Part shown: positions 49,221-53,848 of the stretch, piece by piece | Position numbering within the stretch: position 1 is the stretch's first letter | How the letters are laid out: each line of letters starts with the position of its first letter | IMG/VR virus record: IMGVR_UViG_3300032829_000014 | Location: 1-53,848 of that record | Reading direction: 5' to 3' (one strand) | DNA from: a virus | Taxonomy: Duplodnaviria > Caudoviricetes | Length of the DNA stretch: 53,848 nucleotides | The notes under the pieces: generated by a model | What the model saw: only the letters and a program-made list of their open reading frames with translations | The model's database searches: none | Told to the model about the DNA's origin: nothing | Program-made: the position numbers and the translations under genes

Positions 49221-50114
49221 ATGAGTAAAAGAGTAATAATTTATGGAGTAAAAACAAATGATGATAAATTTCATTATATTGGTAAAACTGAAAAAAAAGT
49301 AAATAAAAGAAATGAACTTAATAAATCTGATGTTACTAGACAATATTTAAATAATGATATTAGAACTATTTTTAATGAAAATGTAAATGTTATACCTATT
49401 GAATATGTTAAAGAAAATGAATGGTATGATAAAAAATTAATTAATATTGTAAAAAAATATAATGAAAAACATCCATTAAAAAATGCTAAATGGATGTTAG
49501 AAGGAAAACGTGGATTTTGGGAAGGTACTGGTGGTTATTGGAAAGGAAAGAAAAAAGATGATTTTACATTGCAAAGATTATCAGAAAGTAAATTTAAAAA
49601 AATAGCTCAATATGATAATGAAGGTAATTTAATAAAAATTTGGAAATCTGGAAAAGATGTTGGAATTGAAATATTTAAAGATTATAAAATTATAAATGGT
49701 TCTGGATGTACTAATTTATATATAATTTTAGAAAATAAAACATTAAGGGGAAGATTTAAATATAATTTTTATTGGTTTAAAGAAGATGAACTAATATATT
49801 ATTTTAATAATATTCCAATTAAATTAAATTTAAACAATATTAAAGAAAAAGAAAAAATAGTTAGAAAAGAAGCATCAAAAAAAGCTTTAAATAATAGATT
49901 AATATTTGGACAAAAAAAATATACAATAGAGCAATTTAATAAAAATGGAAAATTAATAAAAACATATATAAATGTTGAAGATGCATCAAAAAAATTAAAA
50001 AAAAGTATTCATACAATTCGTGATATTTGTAATAATAAAAGAAAAAAATATGATGAAAATTGTATATTAAAATATGGTGAAAAAATTTTACAACCAATAA
50101 AAAAGAAAGATTAG
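49221..50114 (+). CDS. divergent GIY-YIG protein with NUMOD1-like domains
   Basis: IIYGV...HYIGKT; IAQYDNEGNLIKIW and IEQFNKNGKLIKTY. Confidence 0.7.
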   Translation: MSKRVIIYGVKTNDDKFHYIGKTEKKVNKRNELNKSDVTRQYLNNDIRTIFNENVNVIPIEYVKENEWYDKKLINIVKKYNEKHPLKNAKWMLEGKRGFWEGTGGYWKGKKKDDFTLQRLSESKFKKIAQYDNEGNLIKIWKSGKDVGIEIFKDYKIINGSGCTNLYIILENKTLRGRFKYNFYWFKEDELIYYFNNIPIKLNLNNIKEKEKIVRKEASKKALNNRLIFGQKKYTIEQFNKNGKLIKTYINVEDASKKLKKSIHTIRDICNNKRKKYDENCILKYGEKILQPIKKKD

Positions 50115-50125
50115 AGATATATTTA

Positions 50126-50917
50126 ATGAAAGAATTTTATTATCAAATAAAGGGAAAAAGAGATGAGAATGATCACAATGGATTATCCAGATGGATGTTT
50201 CCTCCTATTTTTTCTGGTAAAGTTGAAGCTGAAAATAGAGATGAAGCAAAAAAATTTATTGAAGAAAAATATAATAAAAAATTTCCTTTAAAAGTTTTAA
50301 AAAAAGACTTGGATAGTAATGAATTTTTATTAAGTATTGAAGAAATTAAAGAAGACAGTCATATAAGAAGATTATTTGAAAAACAAATATGTAAGCATTG
50401 TAATAATGCTTTTTATGTTATTGACAAATACAATGATAAAAATTGCTTAAATAAAGGATTTGAATTTTGTTCTGATGAATGTAAAATTGAATATAATGAA
50501 ATAAAAAAATATATGTTTAATGATAGACAAAATTTATTATATGAAATAAATAATATAGAAAAAATAGATGAAAATATTGAAATTGATAATATCATTGAAA
50601 AACATTTAGATAATAAAAAAACTATTCCGATAATTTATAAAATTACAAATAAAGCAACAAATTTATCATATATTGGTAAAACAATACAAATTTTTACATT
50701 AAGATGGTATCAACATTTTTATCAAAAAGGTAATTGTAAATTTCATAATGCAATTAAAAATAGTAATTTAATTGATTGGAATTTTGAAATTATTGAAATT
50801 GTTAAAATACCTAAAAATGCCAAAACAATAAATGAAATTGATACAATAATATTAGAAAGAGAAAGATATTGGATAAATTATTATAATACAATAAATGAAG
50901 GATATAATACATTATAA
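50126..50917 (+). CDS. Zn-binding domain plus C-terminal GIY-YIG endonuclease
   Basis: CKHC...FCSDEC; IIYKITN...SYIGKT...RWYQH...ERYWI...GYN. Confidence 0.78.
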   Translation: MKEFYYQIKGKRDENDHNGLSRWMFPPIFSGKVEAENRDEAKKFIEEKYNKKFPLKVLKKDLDSNEFLLSIEEIKEDSHIRRLFEKQICKHCNNAFYVIDKYNDKNCLNKGFEFCSDECKIEYNEIKKYMFNDRQNLLYEINNIEKIDENIEIDNIIEKHLDNKKTIPIIYKITNKATNLSYIGKTIQIFTLRWYQHFYQKGNCKFHNAIKNSNLIDWNFEIIEIVKIPKNAKTINEIDTIILERERYWINYYNTINEGYNTL

Positions 50918-50919
50918 TT

Positions 50920-51180
50920 ATGAGTCATATAAAAAGAAAAATAAAATATAGTGAAGAAGGTAATTATGGAAATGTTGATGAAAAATATCTTTATTGTGAT
51001 ATGAATGGATGTAATGATATTACAACATTTTATTATGAAGATGGAACTTCAATATTTTCATTTAATGATACATTAAATAATAATTTAGTTGATGCTATTA
51101 TAAATATAATAAAAGATAATTCAAATGTAGAAATTTGGAATGGAGAATTTAATAATAAAAATTATGAAAAAATTAAATAA
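50920..51180 (+). CDS. hypothetical protein
   Basis: ORF track. Confidence 0.6.
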   Translation: MSHIKRKIKYSEEGNYGNVDEKYLYCDMNGCNDITTFYYEDGTSIFSFNDTLNNNLVDAIINIIKDNSNVEIWNGEFNNKNYEKIK

Positions 51181-51340
51181 AAAAGAAAAGGAAGAATTTA
51201 TAAATTTTATTAAAGAAGAATTTGGCGAAACTAATACATATGATCAAAATAATTATCCTTTATATTTTGATAAAGAAGGAAAAATGTTAATATATGATTT
51301 AGAAGAAGGATATAATATATATAAATTAAAATTAAATTAA
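51140..51340 (+). CDS. hypothetical protein
   Basis: ORF track; the start may be the second Met. Confidence 0.55.
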   Translation: MENLIIKIMKKLNKKEKEEFINFIKEEFGETNTYDQNNYPLYFDKEGKMLIYDLEEGYNIYKLKLN

Positions 51341-51345
51341 TAATT

Positions 51346-51594
51346 ATGAATGAAAATAAAGTTTATTTAAATGGAATCTTAGTAGATTCAAAAGAAATTG
51401 ATCCAAGTAAACATAAATTTATTGGGACTTTTAGAGAAGCAAAACAGCCTGATTTTACTTATTTTGAAAATGATATTAAAAAAAATGTAGATGTTTATTT
51501 ATGTCCTTGTGGTCAGTTTTTATGGACTAAAGAAGGCGTTTTTAGTCATTATAATGCTGGTCATATGGATAAATTACAATATATTGATATTTAA
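51346..51594 (+). CDS. hypothetical protein (CPCG...H..GH)
   Basis: ORF track. Confidence 0.6.
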   Translation: MNENKVYLNGILVDSKEIDPSKHKFIGTFREAKQPDFTYFENDIKKNVDVYLCPCGQFLWTKEGVFSHYNAGHMDKLQYIDI

Positions 51595-51605
51595 AAATAT
51601 AAAAC

Positions 51606-52160
51606 ATGAAATTAATAAAAGAAGAAATTTTAAAACAAGATGTATCATTTTTTAATGATGAATTGAAAACATTTCCATATTTAAATGGTAATGGAGAACA
51701 TTATAAATTATTAAAATATATATCATTTTTATATGATAATAAAATAATGTTAGATTTAGGTACTGCTTGCGGACATTCAGCATTAGCATTAGCTCAAAAT
51801 AAAAGTAATAGAATTATTACTTATGATCTTAATAAAAGATCTAATCTTTTAGATAATGTAGAAAATATTAAAAGAGTATTATTAGATTGTAATTTAATGT
51901 CAAATGATGTTATTGAATTCTCTAAAATAATATTACTTGATATTGATCCGCATAATGGAATTCAAGAAATTAAATTTTATAATAAATTAAAACAAACAAA
52001 ATTTAAAGGAATATTATTATGTGATGATATTAATCTTAATCAAAATATGAAAAATTTTTGGAATCAAATAACAGAAGAAAAATATGATATATCTGATTTA
52101 GGGCATTTATCAGGAACAGGATTAGTAAATTTTAGTGATGAAAAAATTGAAATAGAATAA
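51606..52160 (+). CDS. class I SAM methyltransferase (Methyltransf_24-like)
   Basis: EHYKLL, LDLGTACGHSALAL, LLDIDPH.G, LLCDDI, GH.SGTG. Confidence 0.82.
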   Translation: MKLIKEEILKQDVSFFNDELKTFPYLNGNGEHYKLLKYISFLYDNKIMLDLGTACGHSALALAQNKSNRIITYDLNKRSNLLDNVENIKRVLLDCNLMSNDVIEFSKIILLDIDPHNGIQEIKFYNKLKQTKFKGILLCDDINLNQNMKNFWNQITEEKYDISDLGHLSGTGLVNFSDEKIEIE

Positions 52161-52176
52161 ATTAAAAATAAAAAAT

Positions 52177-52431
52177 ATGAAAAAAATAAATATTTTAATA
52201 TCAGGAAAAGCAGGAAATGGAAATTCATATTTAGTTTATGAAATTCGTAGATTATTACGTGAAAATGGTTTTAATGTTATTCATGATTATAATGCAGAAG
52301 AAAATCAAACTGAAATTGATTTAGATAATTGTTTTGTTGAAAATTTAGAAGAAAAAATAAATAAATTAAAATCTAATTTAGTAATTAATTTATATGAAAA
52401 ACAATTACATCGTAATGATCCAAATGGATAA
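52177..52431 (+). CDS. small protein with a degenerate P-loop
   Basis: ILISGKAGNGNS (GK(S/T) lysine absent). Confidence 0.55.
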   Translation: MKKINILISGKAGNGNSYLVYEIRRLLRENGFNVIHDYNAEENQTEIDLDNCFVENLEEKINKLKSNLVINLYEKQLHRNDPNG

Positions 52432-52442
52432 AATATAAAATA

Positions 52443-52672
52443 ATGATTCAACAAATTAAACAAAAGTATAGATTAAATTCTTTTAAAATTATAAAACATT
52501 ATAGTTGTGATGGTAATGAAACATTTATAAGAACAGGTAATCTTATTTGTAAAGATTGCGGAAAAAATATTCAGAACATTCGTATTGTTCTAATTCTAAA
52601 TTTAAAGATAATTTAGATAGAGATAATTACTATTTACATGTATTGTGTGATGGTACACATATTAAACTATAA
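52443..52672 (+). pseudogene. small Zn-finger gene frameshifted at an A6 run
   Basis: Frame 0 ...LICKDCGK continues in the -1 frame as KYSEHSYC...YLHVLCDGTHIKL*; A6 at 52562-52567. Confidence 0.6.
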
Positions 52673-52687
52673 AATAAAATTATAATT

Positions 52688-53737
52688 ATGTCATTATTAA
52701 TAAGTTATGGCTGTAGACCGGAATGGCTTAAAATTAAACCATTAATTAATGTTCTTAATAAAAATAATTTTAAATATAAGACATTATTTACTGGCCAGCA
52801 TCAAGATTTAATAAGAATTGAAAAAAATATTATTTGGGATTATAATTTTAATCCAGAAAATGGCGAAAATAGACTGGATAGTATTATTCAAGCCTGTATG
52901 AATAAATTAGGTAATATTGTTAATATTGAAAAAAATGAATATAACAATCAAATAAAATATATTATGGTACAAGGAGATACAACATCTGCATTAGGTGTTG
53001 CATTATCAGCTTTTCATCATAATATTAAAGTGATTCATTTGGAGGCGGGACTAAGATCTTTTAATAATGAGAATCCATATCCAGAAGAAGTAAATAGACG
53101 AATAATATCTCAAATTGCTTCAATACATTTATGTCCAACAAAAGAAAACTATGAAAATTTAATAAATGAAAAAATATTAGGTGATAAATATGTTGTTGGT
53201 AATACAGCATTAGATAATTTATTAGAATATAAAGATAAAATAAATTATAAAGATATTGTATTAGTGACATTACATCGTAGAGAAAATCATGATATTATTA
53301 ATAAATGGTTTATTGAAATAAATAAATTAGCAGAAAAATATGATAATATTCTTTTTATATTACCTTTACACCCAAATCCTAATGTTCAAAAATATAAAGA
53401 TTTATTAATGAATGTTGAAATTGTTAAACCATTAGATCATAAAGAATTATTAAATATTTTAGTAAAATGTAAATTAGTTATTACAGATAGTGGAGGATTA
53501 CAAGAAGAATGTTCATTTTTACAAAAAAAATGTTTGGTTTGTCGTAAAGTAACAGAAAGACCGGAAGCATTAGAAACATCATCAAGATTAATAATATCAC
53601 CCGAAAATCTTGAAAAATGGTTTGATTATATTATTGATGGACATTATGAAATATTACATAATAATTGTCCATTTGGAGATGGCTATGCATCTGAAAAAAT
53701 TTATAAAATATTGGAAAAATATTATAATGAAAGATAA
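52688..53737 (+). CDS. wecB: UDP-N-acetylglucosamine 2-epimerase (non-hydrolysing)
   Basis: GCRPEWLK, TGQH, VQGDT, HLEAGLRS, PEEVNR, TLHRREN, HPNP, TDSGGLQEE, TERPE, FGDG.AS. Confidence 0.93.
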   Translation: MSLLISYGCRPEWLKIKPLINVLNKNNFKYKTLFTGQHQDLIRIEKNIIWDYNFNPENGENRLDSIIQACMNKLGNIVNIEKNEYNNQIKYIMVQGDTTSALGVALSAFHHNIKVIHLEAGLRSFNNENPYPEEVNRRIISQIASIHLCPTKENYENLINEKILGDKYVVGNTALDNLLEYKDKINYKDIVLVTLHRRENHDIINKWFIEINKLAEKYDNILFILPLHPNPNVQKYKDLLMNVEIVKPLDHKELLNILVKCKLVITDSGGLQEECSFLQKKCLVCRKVTERPEALETSSRLIISPENLEKWFDYIIDGHYEILHNNCPFGDGYASEKIYKILEKYYNER

Positions 53738-53848
53738 AATATATTTAAAAGAATTATATTTAACATATCCTATTATGGATTTGTTTCATACTTTAACAAA
53801 AAACTTAGTTGTTAAAATTGATGAAAAAGAATATCCAAATTTTATTTT

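Noticed and set aside
7048-53270. Opposite-strand ORFs in the track (7048, 8681, 12613, 13388, 17768, 18113, 21662, 26642, 31892, 32155, 43985, 48695, 48766, 49128, 50413, 53061)
   Set aside because: Shadows of well-supported genes on the other strand, with no motifs.
24035-53737. Ordinary bacterial capsule or O-antigen locus
   Set aside because: No wzx/wzy/wzz/wza or initiating transferase; interleaved with phage-type ORFs and contiguous with virion genes at similar composition.
1-53848. tRNA or rRNA genes
   Set aside because: No GC-rich cloverleaf or rRNA-like segment seen by eye; tRNAscan-SE would be the decisive test.

Overview
This is a very AT-rich (roughly 20% GC by eye) segment of a large T4-related contractile-tailed phage. 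The host is most likely a Bacteroidetes member: four TTG-N20-TAnnTTTG promoters are present and genes start in A-rich, SD-less contexts. The region 1-23.7 kb is a tail/baseplate module (sheath, tube, gp5-like spike, chaperone with a -1 frameshift partner, tape measure, baseplate proteins). It is interleaved with a phoH-TnpB-nucleotidase-glycosyltransferase-late sigma operon, and a recurring (C/G)TATTTAT motif precedes the structural genes. The region 23.7-53.8 kb is one co-oriented tract with 17 glycan-related genes (11 glycosyltransferase-like, 5 methyltransferases, UDP-GlcNAc 2-epimerase) interspersed with small ORFs, an IS607 element and four homing-endonuclease-like genes. Four signals stand out. 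(1) A TnpA-less TnpB is flanked by two diverged copies of the same gene 3' end, one being its predicted guide, suggesting RNA-guided homing. (2) A solitary Cas12a-type repeat handle (AATTTCTACTATAGTAGAT) lies in an intergenic gap. (3) The phage glycosylation tract is about 30 kb long. (4) GC3-rich synonymous patches sit on conserved catalytic motifs. All family calls come from motif recognition by eye; no database searches were run.
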